Assembly (NCBI GenBank): GCA_951406725.2 | Contig: OX597822.1 | Location: forward strand, 67,084,001 to 67,148,000 | Direction: 5' to 3' | Length of the DNA: 64,000 nt | Source of the DNA: Octopus vulgaris | Taxonomy: Eukaryota | In this document: in pieces, positions 27,720-42,171 of the stretch | Layout of the letters: each line of letters begins with the position of its first letter | Numbering within the stretch: position 1 is the first letter of the stretch | The notes under the pieces: generated by a model | Databases searched by the model: none | What the model saw: the letters and a program-made list of their open reading frames with translations, nothing else | What the model was told of the DNA's origin: nothing | Program-made: the position numbers and the translations under genes

Positions 27720-28711
27720 CCGCGTCCGTTCATACACTATTTTTCTCTTCTACAATCAAACAAATTTAAACAATCAATTCTGTTTAATCATAAGAAGATA
27801 TGTTCGATTTAAAAACTAAATAAAAGGAATTTTATGACGAGATGAATTACTATAGAAACTCACCATCCTATCTATAGACAACATTTCCTAACACGCTCTA
27901 CCATTTCGTTTTTAACTATTTTTTAAAAGTCTTTGTAAAAATCGAATGATATTAGGGATTGATAACGAGTTTTAAAAAGTAATTCTAGTTAGAAATTTTT
28001 CACTGGCAGAGAGCCTTAAACTCTACAGCAAATTAATCACCTCATAATCCCATGGACGTTTTATTACATAGTTAATTTTATCAGAAATATGGGCAATACT
28101 CTTGGTTTGTTCGGTGTAAAGATTAACGAAAATGAGAGACATTAGTTCGCGATGACTGACACGATACATTCAAATTTCTGGTTTTGAAGTCATCAATTTT
28201 CTATTCATTTCTTCGCATTTTCTCTCACAATATTCATATTTTCTCACTGTGCTTGCTTTAAAAGTATTTCATGCTTTATTCGTTTTTGTATTAACGTGAT
28301 TTCAATCTTTGTTTTCTACACGAATAAACCTTACAGGCGGAACATTTTCCGCCAAACTATGATTTTGCAAAAATTGATAAATTATGAACAAAATAGAAAA
28401 CTAAGGAAGAAACAGACTAATAAAAATCCTTATTCCTATTGTAGCAGCCATTTTGTTTTCTCCAAAGTTAACGTCTGTACTTTATTTTTCCTTTTATTTA
28501 TTTATTTATTTTGCTTCTTTTCAATTTTCGTTTTGTATTTTTCATAACATGGCTGCCAGTTTTAATAACTTGTGTTAGTGTTAACCCTTTGGTCATTAAA
28601 GGTGCTACAAAAGTATTTTCGAGAAAGAGAAAATGAAAATATGAATTTTCTTTCAAATCATATTGATAGAAAACATTTCGTAATCATGTTTCATTCCATT
28701 TTATTGCTGGC

Positions 28712-28745
28712 AATAATAATAAAAATAGTAATAATGATAATAATC

Positions 28746-28797
<52 letters not shown>

Positions 28798-29114
28798 TAA
28801 TCAGAAGAAGAAGAAGAAGAAGATGAGGATGATGAGGATGATGAATGATGAAAACGAAGAAGGGGAGGATTAGGAGAGAACGAGAAGGAGAAGAAGAAGA
28901 AGAAGAAGAAGAAGAAGAAGAAGAAGAAGAAAGAAGAAAAAGATGAGGAAGAAGATGAGGAAGATGAAGAAGGAGGGAGAAGGAGGAGAAGAAGAAGAAG
29001 AAGAAGAAGAAGAAGAAGAAGAAGAAAAAGAGAAGAAGAAGAAGATGAAGAAGAAGAAGAAGAAGAAGAAGAAGAAGAAGAAGAAGAAGAAGAAGAAGAA
29101 GAAGAAGAAGAAGA
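28712..29114. repeat. (TAA)n followed by a long (GAA)n/(GAG)n tract
   Basis: Direct inspection. Confidence 0.95.
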
Positions 29115-30112
29115 ATATTTATTATGTTTGTAGTTATTGTATTTCATGGTTAAGTTTTATTTCGTTTGCAGAATGACATCAAAGCGAAATCACACGGAGA
29201 AAAACAATTACAAAGGATTTTCAATCAAACTTTTCTTTAATTTACTTTCCATCTTGCATTTTTATTAATACATTTGCAACCGAGAATTAATTAAACCATA
29301 CAATGGATTTTATTAACGGAGAAAATGTAGCGAATGGAGGAAATTTTTTTTTCCTCACTTGCTCCTCCTTTTCAAGAATCTCGGCTGGAATTATCACATT
29401 TCGAACGAAAGTGTTAATCCTCTATATTGGATAGTATTTCTAATATGGTTCCAAGAAAGATGTTGTAATATTTCTGTTGATCCAAACAGAAGGAATTTCT
29501 TGCAATGCTATTTTGATTCTTTTGAAAACTGTATCCGGGATAATTGAAAGAAAAATTTGAAAGAAGTTATAAAAAAATCTGAAGATGACGGGAAAAACAA
29601 TTCTTCATAGGGTACAAAAGAAAATGATTCGCAATGAGATTAATTAAAGAAATTCATTTTGAGAATACAATCCCTTTTCTTAATTAAGGAGAAATCATGA
29701 GACCTGGTTTACAGAAATATTTGTTTTAAGACTTAATGCTTTATTTGGCATAAACACACCAACGATAATTATATGCAAATCGTGAGGCTTACAATAACGT
29801 AACCACTTCAAGATCACAAAGAACAGATTAAGGTCAGCTTCATTGTTTTCTGTTCTCTTGCAATGCAATTTTTTTTTTTTTGATAAATAGGATATATGAA
29901 TTGAGGCCAATACTAGAAGGATTAATTTAATCATATTTTATCGTGATCGTTCTAGATTATCGTGATGGTTTACAGTAAGGGAATATTCCTCCACATCACA
30001 AATATTGCATTGACATATGCATGAATGCATGTGTGGCGTATAATTACATATATTAATATATATATATATATATACAGAGAGAGAGACAGACAGACAGAGA
30101 CAGAGATAGACA

Positions 30113-30678
30113 GAGAGAGCGTAAAATCTATTTTCCAATGTGGATTAGTAGTCCTGGTTAGGACGATGTTAATCCCTTTTTCCAGCTCCAGGAAATCATC
30201 ATTTACAGCTGGCTACCGACGCACAACTGCATCTTTATACCCGGAACAAGGTAGCTAATGTCCCCACTTAGCCTTAAATGCTACCTGCGGATCATGGTTT
30301 CTGGGTAATTTCTCTCCATAGGCACAGGATAATCGTTGGCTAGAGATGGGAGCACTAGGCCTTCTTTGAGGTATTTACATTTAAAGTGGCACACAGCCAC
30401 TGATCTCGTAAAAAACAAAACATTTGCTTTTAAATCTGAGCGAGAAATAAATAATAACAGTACTAGAGAGAAAAATCTATTTCACAGCGATACTTGGCAG
30501 TCCTGTTTAGGACGATGTTACTCCCTGTTTTAGCCCCAGGAAAACATCTTTTCCACCTGCCTACCAACGCACAAATGCGTCCTTATACCTCAAACAAGTG
30601 AGCTAAGGCTGAGTGGGGACATTAGCTCCGTTGTTCGGGGTATGCGGACGTAGTTCTGCGTCGGTATCTAGCCGGAAA
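30113..30678. repeat. Direct plus inverted copies of a ~140-bp module
   Basis: 30113-30257 resembles 30466-30605; 30604-30678 is the reverse complement of ~30200-30276; related sequence at ~3605-3680. Confidence 0.7.
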
Positions 30679-30782
30679 ATATATTGAACTTGTGAAGGAA
30701 TGGTGGGAGACAAACATTGACACAAAGGCACACACATAAATTCTATAGTGCTGTTACTACTTACATCTCGCTCAAAGATCAT

Positions 30783-30837
<55 letters not shown>

Positions 30838-30852
30838 TTTATTTAAAGCAGC

Positions 30853-30920
<68 letters not shown>

Positions 30921-31108
30921 ATACTAGTAACAGAAAGACGGAATTTCGATTATCCCCTTATCCCCACGTGGTGGGTTGTAATATATATAAGAAATTAAAA
31001 AGGAAAATACGCACACTTCACATAGTTTTAATATAATTTTTAATATATCGACCGGTTTCGCTATCGCTATTCATGATATTTTGGTTTACTTATTTGAATA
31101 TGTGTGTG

Positions 31109-31165
<57 letters not shown>

Positions 31166-31167
<2 letters not shown>

Positions 31168-31350
31168 TCTTTTACTTGTATCATTTACTTGTATCTTACT
31201 TGTATCATTTTACTTGTATCTTAATCGAAGACATCAACCTAAGAACTTATTCTTTGTAATCCTGGTATCGGTCTCTTTCGACAAATCGCTAACTTACGGT
31301 AATGTAAACACACTAACATCGGTTGTCAAGGGATGATGGACGACAAACAT
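31166..31350 (-). mobile_element. SINE family B 3' half
   Basis: acttattctttgtaa..cggtctcttt..catcggttgtcaag. Confidence 0.7.
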
Positions 31351-31924
31351 TCACTTTCTGCGAGCGATTCAACTCGGAAGTTTGTGAAGAAAACATTGAC
31401 CCGATTTGCTGACTTTCGGATGGCAGGCAGGTGTCGATGAATGGTTGAATGACAAAATCCCAGCTTCTCTGCTACTTCATCAACAGTTACGATGGGACTT
31501 TGTTCCATCAGATTTTGCAGAGCCTCCTGGTCGAGCAGTGCAGAACTTCCAAGACGAGTCTTGTCTTCTTGACTGTAGTTTCCGGTTCTGAATTTCTGCA
31601 ACCACCGTTCACACTGGCTTACGCTTATTGTCCAATCTCCATAAACTGCATCGATATTTCTCGCACTTCCCGTTGCGTTGTTGCCTTTATAGAACTCATA
31701 AAGCAAAATATGCTGAATATGCCCCTTTGTCACTTGCATTATAGCTTTGAAAAAATAACTGTTAAAATCGAACTACATACTTTAAACCTTGCACTAAGAA
31801 GAAAGACAAGGTAAAACTACTACATGCGTTTATAGCAAGTTGATGCAGGTAGTTTATTCCGCCCATCTCCGACTTTTAGCTCATGCAATTGAAAAAACCG
31901 CATTATTTATGGGATGTCCCAACA
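31350..31924 (-). mobile_element. 5' part of a second mariner (Hsmar1/Mos1-like N-terminal HTH)
   Basis: HIQHILLYEFYKGNNATGSARNIDAVYG..SQCERWLQKFRTGNYSQEDKTRLG..EVAEKLG..STIHRHL; TIR-like ttgggacatcccataaataatgcgg abutting TA. Confidence 0.85.
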
Positions 31925-32229
31925 TATATATATATATATATATATATACATTACAGATATAGGGTAAAGAATTATTAATTTAGTAATTAATTAATTTTAC
32001 CAAGTAGTTTCGGTATGGAAGGAAAACCATCGAAGACTGTTTGATTTCGTTATTTTTTCTTCTTTTTGCCTATGCGAATTACAAATATTGTTATCTGTGG
32101 AGTCATATCTGTAGTAAAAAGGAATGAGTTGTCTTTGGCTGCTATTTCTAAATTATCGGTATGTGGTAAAGCAATTGTTGGTTAGCCCTTAATTATATTT
32201 AATTATATATATATATATATATATGCTTC

Positions 32230-32372
32230 AAGCTTATTGCGATGACCGTGCAATGACTAAGGAAAATACTCTAATGAAGGGGCATATAAACCTTCTTTTT
32301 TCTGTTCAGAGCTTATATGCCCCTTTATTACACTATTTTCCTTAGCCATTGCATGGTGACCGCCATAAGCTT
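32230..32372. repeat. Imperfect foldback (~60-bp arms)
   Basis: aagcttattgcg...aaggggcatataa versus ttatatgccccttt...cgccataagctt. Confidence 0.85.
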
Positions 32373-33417
32373 AAACTTATATAAAAAATACCATTATTAT
32401 TACTTACAGGATTGTAAATCACGGCGCCGTAATAAAATACCATTCGCACCGAAAGGATATACATAACTGATTGTTGCAGAAATATTGTTTTCATTTGACA
32501 TTTAGTTGCACTGTGTCAACGAGTATGCTAAAATTATTAATGTTATCAATCCAAAACCCAACATATCCTTGAAATAATCTTCAACTTATTCACTGAATCA
32601 AACTAGCGTATAGAATGATATCGGTTATTTAATCGTTAAAGTTATTAGTTATGCTTAATAAACATATGAAGTGCAATTCCATATTTCTTCATTAAGTTGC
32701 CTGATAGCCTTGCTTAACTTCCTTTCCATTAGGTTAATCATGTGGATTATGAAGGTTCATTATACACATTTATTCCAACTGAACTCTTTGAAGTTCAGTT
32801 TCAAATCTTGCACTCAGTTGAAACCTATAACAACCTCATAATTTTAACATGTTGCCACCTCTTTCTGATAGGTCGAGAAACCACGTGGAATAAATGCCAA
32901 GACGGATGTCCCGTCGTATTCGTGTGACTTCTTAAATTGAATATTGAAATCTCTTACAAATTATATCCTACAAAATTAACTATGAGCATACTGGATAATC
33001 AGTAAGCGCGTAACATTTTTTTCGTAACTCACAATTTTTTCTTGATTCAAACTGCGTATTTACTGTTTGTGTACATATATTTGGTATGAACAAATACTGA
33101 CAATTTTCTTGACCAGCTACCGGGGTCAACTTCGATTTTAATATTTGCTCACTCAAATAGAATATATAGAAAGCAAGTATACATGTTGATGTAATTGAAT
33201 GCAGCCTTCGCCAGTGTTCGTGGCATAATTATATTATTATTAATAGCATTGGCTCCCGACTACCTATACCCATTTTTACAAGTCTTCTCCACGAAGAGTT
33301 TTACTAGACGAGATGGTGATGGTTTTACCAAAATTCATACAGAGAGTTAACATTCAATTATCTAGAGTGTCACTTTAAAAAGAATGACGTAAAAAAATAG
33401 TGTATCAGTTGAATATT

Positions 33418-33644
33418 TACTCTTTTACTCCTTTACTTGTTTCAGTCATATGACTGTGGCCATGCTGGAGCACCGCCTTTAGTCGAGCAAATTGACCCCA
33501 AGACTTATTCTTTGTAAGCCTAGTACTTATTCTATCGGTCTCTTTCGCGAATCGCTAAGTTACAGGGACGTAAACGCACCAGCATCGATTGTCAAGTGAT
33601 GTTGGGGCACAAACACAGACACACAAATATATACACACACATAC

Positions 33645-33683
<39 letters not shown>

Positions 33684-33846
33684 ACGGGTTTCTTTCAGTT
33701 TCCGTCTACCAAATCCACTCACAAGGCTTTGGTCGGCCCGAGGCTATAGTAGAAAACACTTGCCCGAAGTGCCACGCAGTGGGACTGAACCCGGAGCCAT
33801 GTGGTTGGTAAGTAAGCTACTTACCATACAGCCACTCCTACGCCTA
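33418..33846 (-). mobile_element. SINE family B
   Basis: Full reverse-complement copy. Confidence 0.9.
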
Positions 33847-35478
33847 CGACAAAATTTGAACAAAAATTAATTTTTCCTCGTATCTCAATGTAAAGTGAGC
33901 AGCAGCCATGAACATTTCACGCTAAGCACCCCACAAAATAAAGCTGAAAATGTAAAGAATAGTACATTTCATATTCAGAGAACAGAAAAAGAAGAACGAG
34001 AACTTGATTGTAACACAAAATATCAATAATGTACACGAAATAAAATATATAAACCTTATAACTACACTAACAAGTCAATTCATCGACAATAACGTCAACA
34101 GTATGCATTCACTTGTCGCTTCGCGTCTCAACATGAACGTTGATAAATTGCCTTTTGTTAATGTCTAATTTTAAAGTATGTCTCACGATGTGAAATATTT
34201 ACCCGGTGGATCGGAACAACATCGATATTTTGTACATTGAACTTTGGCCAGATTTCCAGAACCGGAAGCATATGAGGATGGGAAAGGAATGTACCTCTGT
34301 CTTGCGAAAAGTGAGTTTATTTTTGACCCGTTTAAAAAACGAATTGGAAATAGCGCTGGCAGATATTTGAAGTGAAATATCTCCTTAGTTAAAGAAGAAT
34401 ATATATATATATATATACATTTACGAAACGTTTTTGAAAAAGGTGACGGGGGTAAAAAGTATACTCCAAATAATATTCTCTACAGCTGCTCATAAGATAG
34501 TTCCGCATAATTTAGGCTAACATATATGACAATGCGGAGGGGTAACCTGTATTTAGCTTCGTAATGCAATGTTAGTCGCAGAATATAAATTTTGACGATA
34601 CGATTGAAATGACTATGCAAGAGGATAAAGCAATACTGGGAACTGTGTTGTAGAGGCTGATGAGAGGAACATCCTAAGGTTCATCACCCAGGTTATATGA
34701 CACAGCTCTCACATATGTGGAAGGAAATATCTTAAAAGATTGAAGTAAGGACTGAATATCATGATGTCTTTCAATCCGAAGATAACACCATGCACATCTA
34801 AATCGGTACATGAAATTACACCATGCACATTCCCAGGGGCGGGCCATAAGACGAAATGATCCCATCATCCATCCACAACCAGCAAGGCATGGAGTTGGTC
34901 ACGGCAAAAAATACAACGGCTAGGTAACAGATTTCGGTCCAGAGGTAACGGCTTTCGGTCCAAGTACTACACCAGGCCAGAACCTCGAGATAGGGTTGGT
35001 ATCCTTCGACCAATATGGTACGATATCGGTCCTGGATGTGAAAAGCAACGAAGGGATGCCTGCAGTCAAGTGACTCTGAAAGATCCGACAGGATACGTAT
35101 AAGCATAATTATTGTGTTCTTTTAAAATTTTGTTTTAATTTCATTTTGTTTTTTACATTCTGCGTTCAAAACCAGCTGAGGTTTAAAGCTTCTTTTATCT
35201 TTCCGATGTTAATATATTAAAATATCAACCGCATATCAGAGTTGACGGTTTGCTTCCCCGAAAGATCAGATCTTTGCTTCTATGTAATAACACAATGAAA
35301 TTATCAAACTTGCTCCGTCAATTTTGCAAATCATTCATTTAGAGTCCAGGAAAAAAGGCATCTCTCAAGCACTAATATCAATGGTCTTCCCACAGACCAA
35401 GAAAAATAAATGGATACGGCATCTTTCGTACAATATATACATATGTACACACACACACACACACACACACACACCCAC

Positions 35479-35551
<73 letters not shown>

Positions 35552-35553
<2 letters not shown>

Positions 35554-35911
35554 CTGTAGATATAATATGTGACGATTATTCGGTAGCCATGATGAAACTC
35601 CCAGTTTCGGATGACGGGGCAGAAACCCGCGCCGCCATCTCTTCATTTATCCGGCCATCGAAAAAATGCTATGAAAATGACCGTTAAACAAAGGGAAATT
35701 ACTGTGTGATTGACTGTTATTAAGACAAAAGAGCTATTAGATTGACGGTCAATCACACAGTAATTTCCCTTTGTTTAACAGTCATTTTCATAGCAGTCAT
35801 TTTTCGATGGCCGGATAACTGAAGAGATATCGGCGTTGGTTTCTGCCCCGACATCCGAAACTCGGAGTTTTATCATGGCTACCGAATAATTGTCACATGT
35901 ATTTACAGATA
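35552..35911. mobile_element. Foldback element (~165-bp arms) with a hammerhead in each arm
   Basis: 35552-~35720 is the reverse complement of ~35740-35911; left end abuts (TA)n. Confidence 0.85.
35814..35874 (+). ncRNA. Minimal hammerhead ribozyme
   Basis: gataa-CTGAAGA-gatatcgg...ccgacatc-c-GAAA-ctcggag-TT-ttatc; the mirror copy on the minus strand (~35588-35652) has ATGAAGA. Confidence 0.7.
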
Positions 35912-35969
35912 AATTTCTCTATTTACATAATATCGAGGTCTCTTTATGCTTTTGTTGTCTTACATTTCT

Positions 35970-36026
<57 letters not shown>

Positions 36027-36437
36027 TCGTGTATATGTATATATGTATCTATATATTTATACGAATTAGTTATTATTCCGAGTGTACGAATTAGGAATAA
36101 CAAATTTAAATCTTTCAGTAAGGAAACCTGAACAATAGTTAGTGTTTATCCATAATAGTAGTTAATGCTTGCTGTAAAATATAAATATAATATAAGATTT
36201 CAGTCGATTTCGTTTAATTAGAATATTATGCAAGAGAATATATCATGAGATAGAGCTTGATTGTTCATTAAACTGTTATATTTTTTTTATTTCTTATAGT
36301 CGAAGTTCTTCAGAAAATCAATATATTGAAATTCATTTTAATTAATTTGCAACTAATTTTGTAAAATTTACATTACGTTAGAACGAATAGGATTCTTGGA
36401 TTCTTCAACTAGTATTTCAATAACCTCAGTTGTGCGT

Positions 36438-36517
<80 letters not shown>

Positions 36518-36649
36518 CATTAAGTACAAACTTGTAAGTGCATTTGTAAGTTAGTAAGTGCATTTGTCAATGATTAAATTCCTGTGTGAGTGTATTCACA
36601 TATATGTATGCACGAATATGTGTATCTATAGATACATGCACACCTACAT

Positions 36650-36701
<52 letters not shown>

Positions 36702-37271
36702 ACATATGTATGAATGAATGTATGTATGTATACGTATGTATGCTGCATATATATATATATATCTGTTTGTTTGTGTGTGTGTGTGTGTACAAATAGAAAG
36801 AGGGAGAGAGATAGAGAAACACAGTAAGATAAACGGGGAGATTTGGAAAACGGACGGGTTTATAATGAGAAGTTACGGACAAGTAGATTTATGCAAATAT
36901 GCTAATATACTGTCGTGCCTACTGAAAAATTAATGAATACAAGTGGTGGGTCCTCTGATGTGACATTGTTTATATTAGTTTGCTGTAATTACCTTAACTG
37001 GCTTACAGATTGTCCAGTAGTTTTGCACAGAACCTTAATTAAACGAAACTAAACTTGTTATAATTGATCACTCAATAGAATTAGCTGATGTCAAGTCAAA
37101 CCGATGTTCGCCTAACTCGATGCAAATTGACTAACGAAAGTAATAACTCTGAAGCTTATATTAACTATATTGCCATACTAATGAGTCAGAGCAGTATCTA
37201 TTAATTAAGAAGTTAAAATAAAATACGATGAAAATGCGCCACCTTGAATAATAGATATGTCTCATTCTCTC

Positions 37272-37775
37272 TACATTCAATTAACAACTATTTTATGAAT
37301 GGAGCCAAAAACGGAGCTTCAACACAGTTATTGCTATTGTTCGACATTGGTTAGCATGAAGCTATGATCAGAGGCGTTCCAGTCGTGGCCATTCTGATTT
37401 TTACGTTTACTTAACAACTATTTTATGACGGAGCCAAAAACGGAGCTTCAACACGGTTGTTGTTGTTTAGCCATTGGCTAGCATCAGGTTATGATCAGAG
37501 GCGTTCCAGTCGTGGCCATCCTGATTTTTACATTTAATTAACAACTATTTTATGACGGAGCTTCAACACGGTTGTTGTTGTTTAGACATTGGCTAGCATC
37601 AAGCTATGATCAGAGGCGTTCCAGTCGTGGCCATTCTGTCTTTTACATTTAACTAACAACAAATTTATGACGGAGCCAAAAACGGCGCTTCAACACGGTT
37701 ATTGCTGTTGTTAGACATTGGTTAGCATCAAGCTATGATCAGAGGCGTTCCAGTCGTGGCCATTCTGTCTTTTAC
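37272..37775. repeat. Minisatellite, 4 units of ~115-130 bp
   Basis: taacaactattttatga..ggagcttcaacac..tatgatcagaggcgttccagtcgtggccat occurs 4 times. Confidence 0.95.
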
Positions 37776-38282
37776 TTATGTGGTTTGTATCGATAAACAC
37801 CCACACAGGTGGTACGCTGTGACTTCTAAGAGATTTCGATATTCTATCTAAAAGGTCACGCGACTATGATTGTACACCCATCTTGGTTCATTTCTATATG
37901 GTCTCGCGCCCTGCTAGAAATAGCATCTAGATCTATCTCAGATTCATTGTTAAATAATCAAGGATTTAATGACTGAATGATAATGACTATGTACTCGCGT
38001 AAATATTTACAAAAATAGAAACACAATCACCAAGAAACCTCATCCTACAGTTCTATAAAAGAATTAAGGATTGCATGTAGTCCTATATATACATATATGT
38101 GTGTGTGCGCGTGAGAGCGTATGTGGGTGTGTTTGTGTGTGGGCGTGCGTATGTATCTACGTATTTGTGTGTATGTGTGTACGTATGTACGTAGTATATA
38201 TCTATGTATGTATGAGTGTACGTATTTATGTGTATGTATGTATGCATGTGTGTGTATGGAAATACATGTATGTATGTATGCA

Positions 38283-38484
<202 letters not shown>

Positions 38485-39294
38485 GAATAGCTCCAATTGT
38501 CCGATAAGTTTGGATTCCTGGATATTCTGAGTTGCTGATGTCAAGTAAAAGAGAGTAAAAGAGATATATATTTTGACGGAAACGTAATGCAGATAACATG
38601 TATTCGAAACAATAGTACGTATTTTAATCTAATTTTTTTCCGGTATATTCTAGATATGCATTCCATATCACTATCCTTTAGAGCAATGAAAACATGTGAT
38701 ATGCATGTATTCGATAAAATGGTGATTTAATGTGGATAAAATAAGTGAACATAATACCTGATTTCTTCATAAATTTTAAGAGCGAGTGAGCGCTATCAGA
38801 CGATAAAAGATGCATATCAAGATTATGCGTAATATATCAGAAAAGATATGCATATCTGAAATAAAATTTAAATATTATCTAACGAGTAGTAGAAAACATC
38901 GCGGAGTGCGGTATTTCTCCTGGTGTATATTTTATTGTTGTAAAGAAAATTCCCCCAAAAATTCATAGCCTTGTTAATCTACTATGGCTATAAAATATAT
39001 ATGAGTAAATGTTGCAACGATTTATCTTTAATAAAGTTCTATACACAGATATGACCATACTGTAAATGAAAGATAAGTGTCATCATGTACTGTGTAATAC
39101 ACTCCAACACACCCCAAAACACAGGCACACATACACACACACATATGAGCATATGCACGTCCGTGTTTGTGTATGTGTGTGCATGCAAAGACGAAGTGAT
39201 ATTTATGAATATAGTCCAATTTATTTCTTCTTGTTTTGCTGCCTTCTTTTTTCCATTTTTCTCTCTTTCTATTTTTAACTGCCTTACCATCTCA

Positions 39295-39337
<43 letters not shown>

Positions 39338-40249
39338 CATACATACATATACATACATACATACATACATACATACATACATACATACATACATACTTAC
39401 ATACATACATATATATATATAGGCGCGTACAGGACACGAACACACAGGAGCGCACATATTCTGAAGGAGAATGAAGTGAGCGATATCCCATTTTTTATAT
39501 TTTCTAGTGTATTTGTATTTTCATCCTCTTATCTGGTAATAGAGTACTTATTTTATGGAAACCAACCAACAATCCAGTGAACAAGCCCTGCAAATTGCCA
39601 ACCAAACATTGAAATATCCAAATCAAAGAACATCAGACTTCAGAGATTTTTAATTGATTCAACATGACGGGTTTTTTTATTCCTTTATTCTCACTTCCTT
39701 TCAAATTGTTATTTTTTTCTTAGCGGTTCTAAATATTTTTTTTGTTCCTTTTGTCATGGGTTTTTTTGGCCATTAAGACTGTTAATAAATAGAAGTTATC
39801 TATGAAAAATATCTGGTTGTATTTGATGTCGTCTATTTGATGAGGTAATCACCTGCAGTTTAGTATTCTTTGCAAGATAAGATAGAGAAGAAAACCTATT
39901 CTACACTGCTAAAAGACACGCGATAAATGTCTGAATTAAACATAGATAATACTTTATGTTTTCCCTTCCATTTTATCAGTATTGCCAAAGTAAAAATAGC
40001 GAGGGAATGAAGTTTGCAGCTTAAGATATCAAATTTGGAAACGTCTTCATTCTACTTTATATAATTGTCAGGTTGTGATTGTATATCTTTAACATTTTTA
40101 TATTTTATTTTTGAAATAAGATTTAGATAGTCTCTTTCTTTGATCTTATATTTTTTTTAGCTGTGTATGTCATAGATATATGTGCGTGTGAGAGTGTGCG
40201 TGTGAGAGTGTGTGTGTTTGTATGTATAGATGCATACACATATATACAT

Positions 40250-40315
<66 letters not shown>

Positions 40316-40987
40316 GTATCTTTGTCGATATGTATGGATATATATATATATATATAGTGTATATATGTATATAGTGTATACATATATATGAATGTGTATA
40401 TATGCATACATACGTATGGGCACGTCTATATGCGTGTATACATATGTGTCTACGCGCGTGTATATAGTTCTATTCCTTAAAACATAAACATATATTTTTA
40501 TGTGTCTATTAATATTACCCTATACTTTGTCATCTGTTTTGATTATTATTCCTTGTCAGCTTGTCTTGTATATGTGTGAGCATATGGCATATATGTCTAT
40601 GGGGTTATGTATATGTGTAACTGCGTGTGAGAGTGTGCGTGTTTGAGTGTGTACGTTTGTGTATGCGTTTGTGTGTGCGCGAGCACTTATAATATCGAAG
40701 TAAATAAAATCGATATTTATGCATAAATATATATGTGGTTTGGTTTTTTATTTGTGTGTGTTTTATTCATAGTCAACATTTAATAATCGTTGCTTAGGTA
40801 TGATTATTCTGTTGATTTTCTTTTAATTATTTTAATCACAGTGTTACAAAGAATTTTTTCCTGTGATGCTGGATGATGGTTGTAATTTGTGTCATTCTTA
40901 CAAAAGAGGTGGCACATAATGTTTCCTTACTTTTCAGCCATTTACATATGTACATGAAAGAATACGTAAACATATATATATATATAT

Positions 40988-41124
40988 ACTCTTTACTCTT
41001 TTACTTGTTTCAGTCATTTGACTGCGGCCATGCTGGAGCACCACCTTTAATTGAGTAACTCGACCCCGGGACTTATTCTTTGTAAGCCCAGTACTTATTC
41101 TATCGGTCTCTTTTGCCGAACCGC

Positions 41125-41163
<39 letters not shown>

Positions 41164-41480
41164 GAAAGTATATATATATATATATATACACTCTCTCTTT
41201 ACTTGTTTCAGTCATTTGACTGCGGCCGTACTGGAGCACCGCCTTTAGTCGAACAAATCGACCCCACGACTTATTCTTTGTAAGCCTAGTACTTATTCTA
41301 TCGGTTTGTTTTTGCCGAAGCGCTAAGTTACGTTGGGAAGGGGAACAAACACAAACACACAACTATACATTCAGACACGCTCGCGCGCGCACACATGCAC
41401 GTACTCACACGCACGCACATAGACACACACACACATGCACACACACGCACACACACACATATATATATACACACACATAT

Positions 41481-41530
<50 letters not shown>

Positions 41531-41672
41531 GAAGGGCTTCTTTCAGCTTCCGACTACCAAATCTACTCACAAGGCTTTGGTCAGCCCGAGGCTATAGTGC
41601 CCAAGGTGCCACACAATGGGACTGAACGCAGAACCATGTGGTTGGTATGCAAGCTACTTACCACACAGCCAC
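40988..41672 (-). mobile_element. SINE family B (41190-41672) plus an extra 3' tail (40988-41128)
   Basis: Two acttgtttcagtcatttgactgcggcc tails separated by (TA)n; one head ending at 41672. Confidence 0.85.
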
Positions 41673-41710
41673 TTATATATATATATGTGTGTGTGTGTGT
41701 GTATATATAT

Positions 41711-41793
<83 letters not shown>

Positions 41794-41821
41794 GATAGAT
41801 AATTGAGAGTATATATGTATG

Positions 41822-41870
<49 letters not shown>

Positions 41871-42171
41871 GAATGCCCGTGTGTATATGTGTTTTGTTAG
41901 TGAATTTTGCTTTGACATATGTTGCCATAAATTGTCAGTTCTCTTAGACACTTTACAATAGATTTAGAATCTTTCCAGGAAAGGCATCTGATTAATTTAT
42001 TATATTATGGGCGTTTCACATTGTTGTTGTTGTTGTTTGATTCTTCTTTGGGTTAGCCTCAAGCCAGCCCATATCAGTTAAACCTATCGTTGTAAACATT
42101 TCCAGCCTTGAACATCGCCTTTTCTGTTCTGTTCAAACATACTTTGTCAAGAACCACTTTACTGAGTCCGC

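Noticed and set aside
28943-29176. Lys/Glu-rich protein
   Set aside because: Translation of a (GAA)n tract
30510-30550. Twister-like ribozyme in the 30-kb module
   Set aside because: Only a tagccc loop resemblance; conserved UAA and pseudoknot elements could not be placed
34655-34700. CTGATGA at ~34657 as a hammerhead (also ~2793, ~25257, ~47197)
   Set aside because: No GAAA after a stem II and no closing stem I
37272-37775. CRISPR-like appearance of regularly spaced repeats (also the SINE A arrays)
   Set aside because: Whole units repeat with no unique spacers; eukaryotic context and no cas genes
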